Shown piece by piece: positions 49,455 to 63,475 of a stretch of DNA of 64,000 bases (the first letter of the stretch is position 1; every line of letters starts with the position of its first letter). A program made the position numbers and the translations under genes. Below the pieces are notes generated by a model, which made no database searches, was not told the origin of the DNA, and was given only the letters and a program-made list of their open reading frames with translations. Source of the stretch: Octopus sinensis (taxonomy: Eukaryota); NCBI RefSeq assembly GCF_006345805.1, contig NC_043005.1, forward strand, positions 17,546,001 through 17,610,000, read 5' to 3'.

Positions 49455-49610
49455 TAGGATTGGCCAAAAGTTACCTGACTGTAAATCAAAGCCATTTAAT
49501 TCCAAGATTTATTCATGTTTAACAACTGAATGGATTTACTAAAAAGCAGCTAAATATGAAACATGAAAATTGTTCAAACTGAAGTCCATCTTGAGGACAA
49601 AGGATATTTC
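49455..49610. mobile_element. Truncated inverted copy of the 21562 MITE
   Basis: TAGGATTGGCCAAAAGTTACCTGACTGTAAATCAAA matches the reverse complement of 21755-21789. Confidence 0.7.
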
Positions 49611-50570
49611 TTGTATGATAGTGAAGCTTGTTTACAACTATTTTGATCTATAGACAGAGGCACACACACATGCTCAGATCACACATACCCATGTACACAA
49701 ACATATATACATGGCAGATTTCTTTCAGCTTCTGTCAACCAAGTCCACACACAAGACTGATTTCTAAAGTCCACTTTTCAGTGCATATATGGATCAAAAG
49801 AAAGTCGTTACAGCAGATACTTTTCAGCTAAGTGCTCTTTCTGTTGCCAAACCTCACCCATTTCTAAGCAAAGTAATATTTCTTCAAGACCTTCAAGCAC
49901 AAACAGCTCAATGGCTGGGCATGTTTTTGTGGAAGATTGCAAATGAACAGCACTGCTAGTATGATGGTAGTATCTGTGTACGATTAGCATGCAATGCCAA
50001 GACAATTAGATACAACCACTCATATATATATCATCATTTCACATTCCATATATTGGACAATTCAGCAGGACTAGAACATGTTCAAACTGGCCCAGTATTG
50101 TCATAAGTTTCAAGGGTCAGATGTTCTTCCTAAAGCCAACCACTTAAACATAAGACAAACTTCTTTCAGTTTTCATCAACCAAATCTACTCACAAGTCTT
50201 TAGTCAGCTGGAAGTTATAGAAGATACCTGCCCTAGATGCCACACGGAGGAACTGAACCCAAAATCACATGACTGCGAGGTGAATTTTTAAACCAAACTA
50301 CCAAGCACACATTCAGAAATTAGGCTCAGGCTTGGTTGTATGGATATGGAGTTTCCTTTATAACTACATGGTTTCAGTTTCGATCCCAATGGAACCCCAA
50401 TGCACCTTGGGCAAGCATCTTTCATTATAGCCTCGAGTTAACAAATGCTTTGTGAATGAAATTGATAAGTGTATCATATATATACATACGTATATGCAGA
50501 TGTGTGTCTATGAATGTTTACACATGACACTCTGTATAAAGTGATGTTCAGGTTTCTTATATTCTTTCAC

Positions 50571-50920
50571 CTTTTCAGTCATTTGACTGCGGCCATGCAG
50601 GAGTACCACCTTTAGTTGAACAAATCAACCCCTTTGTAAGCCTGGTACTTACTCTATCGGTCTCTTTGCCAAACTGCTAAGTTACGGGGATGTAAACACA
50701 CCAACATTGATTGTCAAGCAATGGTGGAAGGACACAGACACACAATATTTATATATATTTATACGACAGGCTTCTTTCAGTTTCCATCTACCAAATCCAC
50801 TCATGAGGCTTTGGCCAAACTGAGACTATAGTAGAGGACATTTGCCCAAGTTGCTACACAGTGGGGTTGAACCCGAAACCATGTGGTTGGGAAGCAAGCT
50901 TCTTACCACACAGCCACTCA
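50571..50920 (-). mobile_element. SINE family 2
   Basis: Family match. Confidence 0.8.
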
Positions 50921-51557
50921 TGCAAATAATACAATCTGTAATTCCATGCATTCAAATAGCAATAGAATAAAAAAAATATATCCCTTACTTGAAGAGTAAG
51001 GGGTTGATAAGAGGAAGGACAAAGTGTTAAATACCAGATATATAAACATATATATAACCACCATCTGTTTAATGTCCACCTTGCCATGAGTCAGATGGAA
51101 TGTTATTTTGATTAGGCAGATTTTCCTAGAGTAAGATGCCCTTCTGGTCATCAACCCTCACCTATTTCCAGTTGTGTGTATTTATATATATATATATAAT
51201 ATTAGGGAGTAAATCCAAACTTACAGGGAAAAATTAGATTTAGGATTAAATCTAATTTTACAGTATAAATATAAATTAAATTAGAGATAAAACCACTATT
51301 AGGCAAATCAAACAGTGAAAAACATAAACCAAAACCTAGAAATAAAAATAATGTGTGTCTATGAATGTTTACACATAACACTCTGTATAAAGTGATGTTC
51401 AGGTTTCTTATATTCTTTCACCTTTTCCAGTCATTTGACTGTGGCCATGCTGGAGTACCACCTTTAGTCGAACAAATCAACCCCTTTGTAAGCCTGGTAC
51501 TTACTCTATCGTTCTCTTTGCCAAACTGTTAAAATAATGGTTTTATCTCTAATTTAT

Positions 51558-51600
<43 letters not shown>

Positions 51601-52899
51601 TATATATAGACACAGGGGAAGAGCAGGCATTACTACAGAGTTATGAAATTTCTGGCTGTTCTATAGGAACAAGCATTAGTAATGGTTTGCTGCTGTTTAG
51701 CCCCTGGATCAAGCATATCTATAATCACAAAGATGTTCCAGTTGGAACCTTTTCAAAGACAGTATAGTGTGATTTGAGGGTTTGCTAATCACCACACATC
51801 ACCTCAGGTTCTCCCCTTGTATTAATGCATCAGATTTGTGAAATATGTTTAGTCTAACACAAAGAAAGGATTATCCAAAGAGACTGAAGTACTTCAATTT
51901 AGTTTCTATAGAGGATGAGAGGAGGGTGTGTATGTGGGGGTGGATAACAGGAAGAATTGGCTTAAAGAGATTTTAATACGACTGATTTTAAGCATAAAAT
52001 AGAAAAATATAAAAAGCGGTCCGTTTCTGATTAAAACAGGTTTATAAATTCTAAAGTCACTGGCTTAAAATGTTCTAAAGTTTATTTTTTATTTCAATCA
52101 CTGGACTACAGCCATAATGAGGCACAACCATGGAGAGTTTTAGTCAAATAGGTTGACTCCCATATTTATTCTATTAGTCTCTTTTGCCAAACTGCTAAGT
52201 AATCAGGACATAAACAAAGCAACACCAATTAACAAGAGGTGGACCGACACACACAACAGGCTTCCACAGTTTCAGTTAATCAAATTCACTTATAAGGCAT
52301 TGGTTGACCTGGGGCTATAACAGAAGATACATGCACATTATACCATGCAGTGAGATTGAACCTGAAACCACAGTTGCAAAGAAAGTTTTTGAACCGCACA
52401 ACCATGCCAGCACCTGAGAGCTCTTGTTTAACCAATTAGCTTTGAATGAGGAAAGAATGAATACCTGGCCAGGTGTGGTACGATTTATTGAATCAATTCT
52501 AATACTGATATTTATAATAGTTGACCAACCCTACAATACTGAGATGCGAAGTTAATACAGGCAACGTAGGAACATAAAACATTGTAAAAGAAAAATGTAT
52601 TCAGTTTAAAGTTTTACTGTTTTGGCTGTCTCCCAACACCCTTACATTCATTCCTTCATTGATGAATTCACTGTGATCAAACGTGTTCCATAAATGACCA
52701 TCATGCCTGTTATTCAGACATAATAATATAACTGGGGCTAAATTAACAAATGAGTCATCATTTTACATCTCTTTTCTATGCCAGTATGAGTTAGATGTCG
52801 TTATCACAGTCCAAACCAGTTTCTCTTTAGTTATTGCTCTCCTAAATGAATCAGAGGACTGACCAAGTCTTGATCAAGTATTTCACATTTTGACACACA

Positions 52900-53460
52900 T
52901 CACCATCATTTAGTGTCTGCTTTCCATGCTGGCATGGATCGGACAGCTTAACTGAAACTGGTAAACTGGAGAGCTGCACCAGGTTCCAATCTGATCTGAT
53001 GTAGTTTCTGCCATTGGATGCCCTTCCTAACAGCAACCACTCCAAGAGTCCAATGGGTGCTTTTCATATGCCACCAGCACAAGTACCAGTATCAGCCACA
53101 ACTACAGTTGGCTTGACAAGTCTTCTCAAGCATAGCATATTGCTAAAGGTCTCAGTCACTTACACCTCCATGAGGCCCAACGTTCAAAGGGTGCTTTTTA
53201 CGTACCCGTTATGTGACACCAGCATCGGCCACGACTACGGTTCTGTTTGGCTTGATGGGCCTCCTCAAGCACAGCATCATCATCATCATCGTTTAGCGTC
53301 CGCTTTCCATACCGGCATGGGTTGGACGGTGCAACTGGGGTCTGGGAAGCCAGAAGGCTGCACCAGGCCCAGTCTGATCTGGCAATGTTTCTACGGCTGG
53401 ATGCCCTTCCTAACGCCAACCACTCCATGAGTGTAGTGGGTGCTTTTTACATGCCACCGG
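52900..53460 (-). mobile_element. Two tandem RTE 3' tail copies
   Basis: Family matches at 52900-53200 and 53275-53460. Confidence 0.75.
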
Positions 53461-54999
53461 CACCGTCAAAAGTAACAGTCACTTGTTATTGCCTCTATGG
53501 GGCCCAATGTTCAAAGGGTTTTAACAAATCAATTCCTTAACTCCTTAACAGTATTCCTTCCCTATTGAGAGCATCTTATCCTGACAAGCTCTAGACAAGT
53601 TGTCTTATCCCCAACAAAACTAAAAAATCCCATCTATCCTTTCTTGTAATCATTCATTTTCCAGTCACTTTACAGTGTTACTAATACCAACAATAGAGAA
53701 GCTGCTTTATTTTCTGCAAAACTAAAACATCTCTATTCTATGTTGTCTGTTCACTTAGAGCAAATGTGATCAAGAAATTGAAGAGAAGAGAGACTATGAA
53801 CATGATGGGTGGGGGGGGGAGTAATAAGAGTGAAAGGATACTAGGGAAGAGAGTAAGAGTCATCGTGATAACTACATGTTGACTATTGGGAAGGAAACTG
53901 AATAGGGTAGCATGATGGGATAGCAAGTGAAAGACAATGGTTATCATTTTTAATTTCTCTTTCTCTACCCCCACCTCTCTTTATAAAAATATTAAGATGT
54001 GATTTAGTGGAAATTTACTTGCTAGAAATAGCAGTCAAACCGATTAAGAAGAGGTTTTCTCTTTGGCTGACTTCACTAATTGCTGTAATTTGTAGGTCAA
54101 CTTCTATATCAAATTTCTGCTGCAAACTGCTGGGACGTTACAGCTGAATAAACATTGGAATAATAAAATTACTATTGACATGTGCGAATCTCATGTGTTT
54201 CTTTCTCTCTAAACACAGAGTTTGATAAAAAGGCAAGGAAACTGTGTAAATAAAAAAAAAAAAAAGAAAAAGGAAGAGAAATTATCAAATAACCATTATG
54301 CTTCAAAGAATCAAAAGAACAGATACTTGTCATTAAAAAGAGGGGGGCAAAAACAGATTTCATGATAAGCAATCAGCCAACAATTTATTATTTTAATCAA
54401 TTCAAAAATCATAAAATAAAATTAAGTTATAAAAATGTTAGAGTGTCAAACGAAGTTTGTACCACAGAAATCACCTAAACATATTTTTGATGAGTTTGAA
54501 ATGGAAGGAAAAAGAAAATGGAGTTAAACTGAAAATAGAAGAAGGAGAATGAGAAGAAAAGGAAAAGAGATAATGGTGAGATGGATGACAGAATATAGTG
54601 TCTAAAATGAGATTTATTAGACATGGGGCATCAATAACGGGTAAGATGACAAGAGAACCCATTTCCTAAACAATGTAAGTTTTATGCAGGAGCTTTGACT
54701 TCAAAAAGAAACAACAAAAAATGGCAAAACCAGACTCCTGACCAAGTCTTCCCATGTTGTTACAGAATCTACAGTAACTAGTAAGAGAAATGCTAGACTG
54801 AGAAAATTTGGAGGTGATAGCTGATGTTTAGCCACAGGTCAACCATGACTAAGCAGATTTATGATCAAAGCCAAATCCAAACTTCACTATCCCCTCTTTT
54901 TTGTATATCTAGGACAGAGGTTTCAAGACTGTATTGTAGAACAAATAAAATTTTTTAGCACACTTTGTAAATAATGTTTTATATATATATATATACAAA

Positions 55000-55275
55000 A
55001 CACCGTCCGAACGTGGCAGACGCCAGCACCACCTGACAGGCGTCCGTGACACACAAAAGCACCAACCGATCATGGCTGTTTGCCAGCCTCCTCTTGCCCG
55101 TGCCGGTGGCACGTAAAAAGCACTCACTACACTCACGGAGTGGTTGGCGTTAGGAAGGGCATCCAGCTGTAGAAACACTGCCAGATCAGACTGGAGCCTG
55201 GTGCAGCCTCCTGGCTTCCCAGACCCCGGTCAAACCATCCAACCCATGCTAGCATGGAAAACGGATGTTAAACGA

Positions 55276-55280
<5 letters not shown>
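55000..55280 (+). mobile_element. RTE 3' tail copy
   Basis: Family match. Confidence 0.8.
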
Positions 55281-55312
<32 letters not shown>

Positions 55313-55433
55313 TATATATATCCATTTGGTATCAACTGTCAGAAAAAAAAAAATACTCAATTCCATGGTAGAGATTAATATTTTATTTTGGTCGAGTTAG
55401 CCTCCTGCTACTCTGAGTTTCACTTGTACACAC

Positions 55434-55478
55434 ACAGGATCTTCAGGCAAGTTGTGACAACTTGCCTGAAGATCCTGT
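55434..55478. repeat. Perfect 45-bp palindrome (22-1-22)
   Basis: ACAGGATCTTCAGGCAAGTTGT-G-ACAACTTGCCTGAAGATCCTGT. Confidence 0.95.
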
Positions 55479-56619
55479 CTGCCTACATTCAAATAATTTA
55501 AACCAGAGAAAATCAATTAATTTCTTTATTCAATAAGTGAAGCATAGTTATCAAGACTTTATAGTTAGAATTTCATTTGTAGTTTACACATTTTTTGGAG
55601 ATAATTTTATTAATTTCACAGTATGCCTAGTTACATCTCACTGCATACCAGTGTCACAATGCACTGTTTGGGAACTACTGATCTAGGTCTACATTGTTCA
55701 ACATGTCCTTTTGCTTGGTAGAAGATTGTGATCTGAGGGAATTTGGTTGTTATGTCTAGCAGGTCAAGAGACCTCATAGCCTATGAAGAAGATTGTCCCA
55801 CTTATTCAGCACTTTCAGAACATCTTCAAAGAGCCCTGCCTGAAATGTTAAAATTCATCCCCCATCAATGAAAACAAGCTTATACATATGAACCAACAAA
55901 AGAGACTCTGCAAAGTTACTGCTTCATCTACTAGATATGGCTCAAATCACACTTTCTCAGCTTAAAAAAAGACAAAAATAAAAATAAAAAAAAAGATACA
56001 TTGGGCAATGTAGTCCCCTATATACAAAATGGTAGGATGGTCACAGCTAGAATGTCTATGTTCATAGGTCTACTTGGTCTCAGACTGGCTTGGTGATAAA
56101 AACATTTTTTTTTACACAGAAACCAGTCAATCATGAAGATTAATACCTCTTACTTGTAATACTATATTCCATCATATACATCCATATATTTTATTGTTTC
56201 TATCAATATTTGGCAGCACAGTGACTCAAGGGCCTAGAGTTTCATGCATTAGCACTTCTCAATCATACACATTATATATACACAGATTATATATATATAT
56301 TTATATAACATATATATTTGCATAAATATATGTATACACATATTCTATATGATGGAATTGCCCATGAAAGATGACAAACGAGTCTTCAGTTTTTGCTGAA
56401 CAACCAGCAAGAATGATTTGCTTATAGTGATCAAATGCCTGTACAGATGCATAAGTGTACCACACCTCAGATATCGAAATGATCAGAGAGCAACATGAAG
56501 TGTTTTGGTCAAGAACACATGGTGCCCAGACCGGGAGTTGAACCCATGATTTAGTGATCGTAAGTGCAACACCGTAACCACTAGGCTACATGTCTCCACG
56601 TATATGTAGTAATATAGAT

Positions 56620-56960
56620 GTGGAAGATCCTGGAAGGTCTAGCTCCCAAATTGGGATTTGAAAACTATACCAACCACCAAACTGGAAGCACTGCATAGTG
56701 CCAAAGATCCCAGCTTCTCTGCTTAGAATAAGGATCTAATGATGTAACAGTTTGGGTTTCAAGGGTCCACAACTGATCAACATTCTGCCAAACAGCCTCA
56801 GAGATTTGCAAGGTGTAGATGTGGGGGTCTTCAAAGAGCATCTGGACAAATTTTTATCCAAGATACCAGATGAACCTACATCATGGCAGGATGCATAAAG
56901 AAGAGCAGCTTTGTCCAACTTGCTACTTCACCAAAAACAGTATAGAAAAGAAATCCAAAC
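56620..56960 (+). mobile_element. CR1-group LINE 3' end
   Basis: WKILEGLAP...LGFKGPQLINILPNSLRDLQGVDVGVFKEHLDKFLSKIPDEPT. Confidence 0.75.
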
Positions 56961-57255
56961 ACACTGAGAGGTGGTGTTCCAGCATGGCCTCAGCCTCTTG
57001 ACTGAGACCAATAAAAAATATATTATATACATATAATACATATATATATATATGTATATATAAATAAATATACTTATTTTACATATATTTCCACATACAC
57101 AAATGCACGAGAATTCTGTTTTTAACCTATAAGGGACTAACTAGTTAAAAAAATCTATAATGAATATTGATGTCAAGGAATCTGGGTAGATCAAGTGGAT
57201 TCAAACGCCAAGTCTTTGACAACAATGTTAAAGTTAACTTCTCATTGGCACATGG

Positions 57256-57418
57256 TCACATTAACCCCAGTATATGACAGATACTACTTTCTCTCAGGTC
57301 TGCCAGATGATACTTCTCATCACACTGTATCCTCTCTTCTCCCTCAGTGACTGCTTTTCCTGATCCTTCTACTTTGGACTGTGAATCCTCTGGAATTCTC
57401 TCTTTGGCAATATATTTC
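57256..57418 (-). CDS. Candidate terminal coding exon of an unidentified gene
   Basis: CTGCAG| acceptor, then (G)KYIAKERIPEDSQSKVEGSGKAVTEGEERIQCDEKYHLADLRESSICHILGLM*. Frame is closed just upstream. Weak polypyrimidine tract and no family recognised. Confidence 0.25.
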
Positions 57419-58289
57419 CTGCAGATATTGACTCATACATGCTCAATGTTAACATCAACCATAATCTTTGATTTACAAGGTTTGTGAAAATTATGGGTAC
57501 TACCATTTCCTATAGATTAAAGTAAAAACATTTTAACAGAGTAAAAAGGTATGAATGTAAATACTAAATATCACAACTACCCAAACAGTAAAAGAAAGCA
57601 ATTTGCCTAGCAAGCTGGACTATTGTTCACAAGATCATGAGCTCATTTCTTAGCTAGGTTATCCAAAAACCAAAAAAAAAAAAAAAAAAAGCTCAGTTAC
57701 TAAGGTACATAACTCTGCAATCCTCAAACCTGCATGGTGTACAAATAGGTTCCACTCTTCACTTCACAGTTGAGTTAGGCTGGCAGTAAGAAACATAAAA
57801 AAAGAGAATTGGTTGAACAATAAGGAAATATTTAAATTTCTAGAAAAGGGATCTCATTTGCAATAGATTACAGGAAGCAAAGTAAAATGGTAATGGGGAT
57901 AAACTGATATTTTTCTTTAAGGCTTAATCTATGAGCTCATCATTATAAACACAATTATTACATTTGAACCCCAAGTAGATGCGAATATAAAAGCTACAGG
58001 AAAGACTGAGCAGATAACCCCAATAGAAGGTCAAGCTGAGAAGCTTGCAAGAATTTACTCCTATGAATAGTTTATAAAGCAGGAGTGAGGTGAGAAGATA
58101 GCTCCCAAAAGGAGGTGAGGATCAAGTGGATAATCCCAAAAGGCGATAAGCAGACAAGTTGTAAGGGGTTGAGTTGATTTCCTATTAAAAAACAAAAGGA
58201 GGGGAGGTGTGAACAACTTTAAAAGAGAAATTGAGCGAACATTCACAAGAGAGGTCAATACGTGAACAAGATGGCAATAGTTAAGAAAC

Positions 58290-58351
58290 CTAGATTCATT
58301 TCCTGCTGAGTATTCACATTTGATTATCTTCCAGGTGTCCTCTTGTATTTG
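58290..58351 (-). CDS. Candidate internal exon, phase-compatible with 57256-57418
   Basis: TTTTGAAG|QIQEDTWKIIKCEYSAGNES(AG)|GTTTCT; weak donor. Confidence 0.2.
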
Positions 58352-59567
58352 CTTCAAAATGGGGCATGGGGGGTGAGGGGATAAAAAAAAAATCACCATC
58401 ACCACCACCACCACCATCATTATATCATTATTATTATTATTATTATTATTGAAGGTTTTTCTTTTCTTGCCCTCCTCCGTTCCCACCAAAACCTGCTGCA
58501 AAGGTTGAGAAGCTGAAAGAATCTTAATAAAAAAAGGAAACTGTTAAGATAGAATTATTTATTCCAAACAATGTTACTATACGTAGGAAGTTCATTGAAT
58601 CAAATTAAGGATGCGCTTCTAAAGTCACTAGTAAAGGAGTTTTAAAAAAAAAAATTTAAATTTAATAAAAAAAAAAACAATAAAACAACAGAAAAATCCC
58701 CATCATCTCTGCGAGTATGAAATATATATCATTTATATACAGAATATATACCTCGCAATATACACACTGGAGGAGAAAATAAACAGTTTTTCCCTACTAC
58801 ACATAACATAGTTTAGTAATAGGTGTATATTTGTATGTGTGAATGTATGTATGTGTATATATATACATATATATATATATGCATGTGTGTGTTAGTATAT
58901 GCAGAATGTAAAAAAAAAAAAAAAATGAGCATTCAACGATGTTTTCCTTTAGAAAGGTGAGGGAGCACACACATGTATATATTACGCATATACACACACG
59001 TGTATATAAATCAACATATAAACATGTATGCATATATGTTTGTAACAAAAGTAGGTATGTATATAAAGAAATGTAGGTATATAACATATGTATATGGTAT
59101 GCATGTATATAGCATATGCCATAAGCGTGCACAGAATGTGTACATAAAGCGCATGTATGCATGTATGTGTGTGCCTAACATGTACAAAGTATGTATATAG
59201 TGTGTACACAGTCATCTTCCATTTCTAAATATCACCCAAAGCAGTTAACGATGCATTAATTAATAAAAATAAGAAATTATGATTATCTTAGATTAAGAGC
59301 AGGAAAAAAAAAAAAAAAAGTGAACTGGGAAGGTTTTAACTATGATAGAAACAATTAAAAAAAATTTTAAGGGGGTGGGGAGATAATGAATAACAGAGTC
59401 AAGGAGAGTAGCTAAGGTGGAAGAGAAAAAAATGTATTCCCTACCACAACACACAAAATGGTGAGAGCTTAAAGAATGGGTGAGAAGGAATAGATCAACA
59501 CACACAGTCACATAATTATGTGTATATATGTACATACATATCACATTTGTGTGTATAATATACATAC

Positions 59568-59617
<50 letters not shown>

Positions 59618-59947
59618 GCATATGCATGCACGCACACACACACACACCTACATACGTGTACGTATATAATCTTATAGAAAGTTTGGTCCCCACCCAGTAC
59701 ACAAACCCAGAACTTTCCACTTCTACCATCACTGCCACCTTCAATATAAAATGATCAAGAAAATTTTTGAGAAGCTGGAATGATAATGAGACAACGATGA
59801 TGATGAATATGATGATGATGGTCGTGGTGGTGGTGGTGACGACGACGGTGGCAGTGATGGTGGCGGCACAGTAGCAATGGTTAGTCTACTTTTGACCACA
59901 CTAGTCCATCATTGTCCAGCACTGTCCTCTTACAAATGATTAGAGTG

Positions 59948-59985
<38 letters not shown>

Positions 59986-60044
59986 CATGTCTTTAGAGTG
60001 ACTGTAAATAAGTTACAAAGTTCAGCTGTCAGAATATTTATGCT

Positions 60045-60079
<35 letters not shown>

Positions 60080-61313
60080 ATGTATAAATGTGTGTGTGTG
60101 TGTGTATGCACACAAGTCCAATGACTAATTAGTGACAGTGAGGTAAAGACAGCCAACCATAAAAATAGAAAAATTAAGAGCTGTAGTAGTAGTAGTAGTA
60201 GTAATATGTAGGAAGAGGCAGAAGATGTTTAGTTAAGTGGTAATAACAAAACTCTAGAAACAGTAAGAGTAGTAGCTATTATTGTAGAAGTATTACTGGT
60301 GGTGGTGGTGGTAGTAGTAGTAATAGAAGTGATGGTGGTGGTGGTGGTGGTGGTTATGATAGTGCTGGTTGTAGTGGTGGTTAAAGTTCTGAAACAGTAC
60401 TAGCAGAACAATGGAATCTTTCTTGAAACCTGAGGACCAGGTTTTAAAAGATTCTCTTCCTTAATTACATTTATTACAAATTATCATTGTTTGTTAATAT
60501 TAATATAATTTATCATCATCAGCTTTATTAAACTTCCAGAAATTCTTTTAAGTAATTATATATATATATATTTATATATATATATATTTATATATATATA
60601 CATATATATTTTTACACACACATCTTAAATATATATAATATTTTAAATAACTTTATTAACGAGCTAGAAATTTTTTTATTTTTTCAAAAGTATGTGTCAG
60701 TATATCATCTATATACACACACATGTTTAGATGTACAAACGGGAGAAAAAGTACTCAATACATATAGAAAGTATTCATTCGAAGCTGATGTTTTATTCCA
60801 TTGCTACACAGCTTCTTGCTACAGATATTTTGTTGTTTGAAGGATCACACATGGCAAGAAACCGAGGAACAAAAGGAGTGAATCACTAGCTTTGAACAAA
60901 TATATACATTACATATATATATGTATATATATATACATATATATGTATATAATGCACACACATGACACAAACAGACGAGTTTTTTTGTGAAACCTTAACC
61001 CTATGAATGACCCCCACAGACAAAGCATACAATATTTTACACAGGTGCAGAACCTTTTCAAAGAAATTTACAAGAATTTTTTTGCTGTTTTCCTTTTGTT
61101 CTATGTGTGCCTTTTTTTCACTTTCTTTCCCTCTCCTTCTCAGGTAAAAAAAAAAAAAGTCTCATTTTTCCATCAAAGAAATAAGTAAAGATTATCAGTC
61201 TTAATTTTTTTTTTTTTTAAAAAAGAAGAAAATTCTGTGTATGTAAGAGTGTTTGTGTGTGTCTATACAACAAGTCATCTGGGTATTATATGCAAATATA
61301 TATATACATATGT

Positions 61314-61355
<42 letters not shown>

Positions 61356-63329
61356 AATTGAAAAAAAAAAGCAAACAAAATAAAAACAAATAAACAAGAG
61401 AAAAAAATTTAATTGGAAAAAAAAAAAAAATGAAGAGAAGAGGAAAAAAAAACCCAGACTTTGTCCATGTTTTAAGTGTTGTCTTTCTGTCTGTGTCTTT
61501 CATTCTTCAGATAGGGCTGCAGCATATATTATCATTCTTCTGTTATGTGTAAAAAATACAATTTTAGTCCCCAACTAATGCTTTGATGACATGACCACAA
61601 GGTGGTGGACGTGGTGGTTACTGGTAGTGGTGGTGTTGCTGTTCAACTCTTCTCATTTGCTTTATATTTGTTAATTTATATATATACATATATATATATA
61701 TATGTATATATAAATATATGTATGTATATAAATTTTTTCTTGTGTGTGTTGTTGCTTTTTTTCTTCTTTTTAATTAATTAATTAAAGGTCTTCCATTGCA
61801 GTGACATTTTTGAGTGACTCGCTGGCTGAGTCGTCATTTTTGAATAATAATTTTTTTTTTTTTTACCCCCGCACACATAACTTTGTCCACTCTTTCATTC
61901 GCTCTCAGCCACTGACTGACCAATACAAACAACAATGTGACACTACATTAATTGCAGCATCCGACCTTAGTCTGTTGGTTTTGGTCGTTATTCAGCGTCA
62001 GTCCCTGTTGTCTCTGTTGCGAAGTACCTCCAGCCTCATTCTTTGGCAATTTCTTTGCTGTAATTATAATAATTTTTATCATTAGATACAAGGATAATTA
62101 AGAAGTCAATTATCAAAAAAAAAAAAAAAAAAAAATTCAGATTTTAACATCAATATAAATAAAATTTCTTTTTCTTGAAATTACCAAGATCCTGTTAAGT
62201 GCTAACATTTTAGTGTGCCTCTAAGACAAACACACTAAACTACACAAATCAGATTATTAAACGTATCGAGCAAATGAGAAAAACCAATGTAATCCCCACA
62301 AATCAAGCTGCTTTCTTAAACACAGGAAGAATATAATGTAAACCTATAAATCACTAAAAAGACAAAATCATGGCTGGGACATCTTTGATAATCTGTTTGA
62401 TCAGGATTGACCTTGGGCTGAACAAGAACATGACTTCATTCTCATCATGATCATAGACTCAAAGAGGTTTATCCAGAACTAACAGAGCATTTTTACTTTT
62501 AGCCTCCTTAAAATTTAAATTGCTTGAGAGGATCTCCTTCGTTGATAATGTCTTTTCTTTAGCTTCACTGAAATCTTTACTAAAACAAATTTTGATTTAG
62601 AAAAAAAAAAAGCCTCAGAAATCTTACCTACATTGATGAATTAGCAGAAATAACAATCAAAGAATAATAAGAGTAAAATATGTGAAGGTAAAATTTCAAA
62701 TGAATGAAAAATTATCGAAGGTGTGTAAAACCAAAAACTCACAATACAAATACCCTAATTGTAAAAAAAAAAACCCATCAAAACTGAATTTTGAAAACAA
62801 TTTGTTTTCAGTTTTAAAAGTGATTAAAGAAACATGTAACCTGTTTACTTAAAAAGTAAACCTTTTTTTCTTGATGTATTGCTGGGATATATAGAAGACA
62901 TAAGCAAAAGCTTAAATAGCTTATTGAATACTTCTGTTCTTTATATACTCTCTTGTTTTCTTTCAATACTAAAAAATATATTGAATGATCAAAAGGCCAC
63001 AAAGTTTGTATATTGGTATAAAGCCAGAAAAAAATAAAAATGAAAGCTAAGGGAGATAAGCAATTCCAAAGCCTAATTTCAGTGTATTTAAATTCAACCT
63101 TTAATTTAATCATGTATTGAGGAAAAATTGGAGCACATTCAATAATGATAGAATTTAACAAATGGAAACATTCAACAGACTACTTTAAGTTTACACTTGT
63201 CCTTAACATCATATCCCTGCAATGCACTTTTAATGTTTTCAAAGTAAACCTGTTTCTCACACTCTCTTAAAACTGTAAATGTCTTTTAAGACTGCTTTCT
63301 TTTTTCTTTTTAAGTTATCTCTAAAATGT

Positions 63330-63475
63330 TTTGAAGCCAGAAGATTGCACCAGGTTTCACTCTCCATGCCAAAACAGATAGTAAAAGCCTAGCGCAGTCC
63401 TCTGGCTTGCCAGCTCCTCTCAAACCATCCAACCCATGCCAGTATGGAAAACGAATGTTAAATGACAATGATGGA
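63330..63475 (+). mobile_element. RTE 3' tail fragment
   Basis: AAACCATCCAACCCATGCCAGTATGGAAAACGAATGTTAAATGAC. Confidence 0.65.

Noticed and set aside
60411-60440. Plus-strand mini-exon MESFLKPEDQ|GT and possible exon at 60824-60878
   Set aside because: Splice-like signals only; no consistent multi-exon model or recognisable protein.
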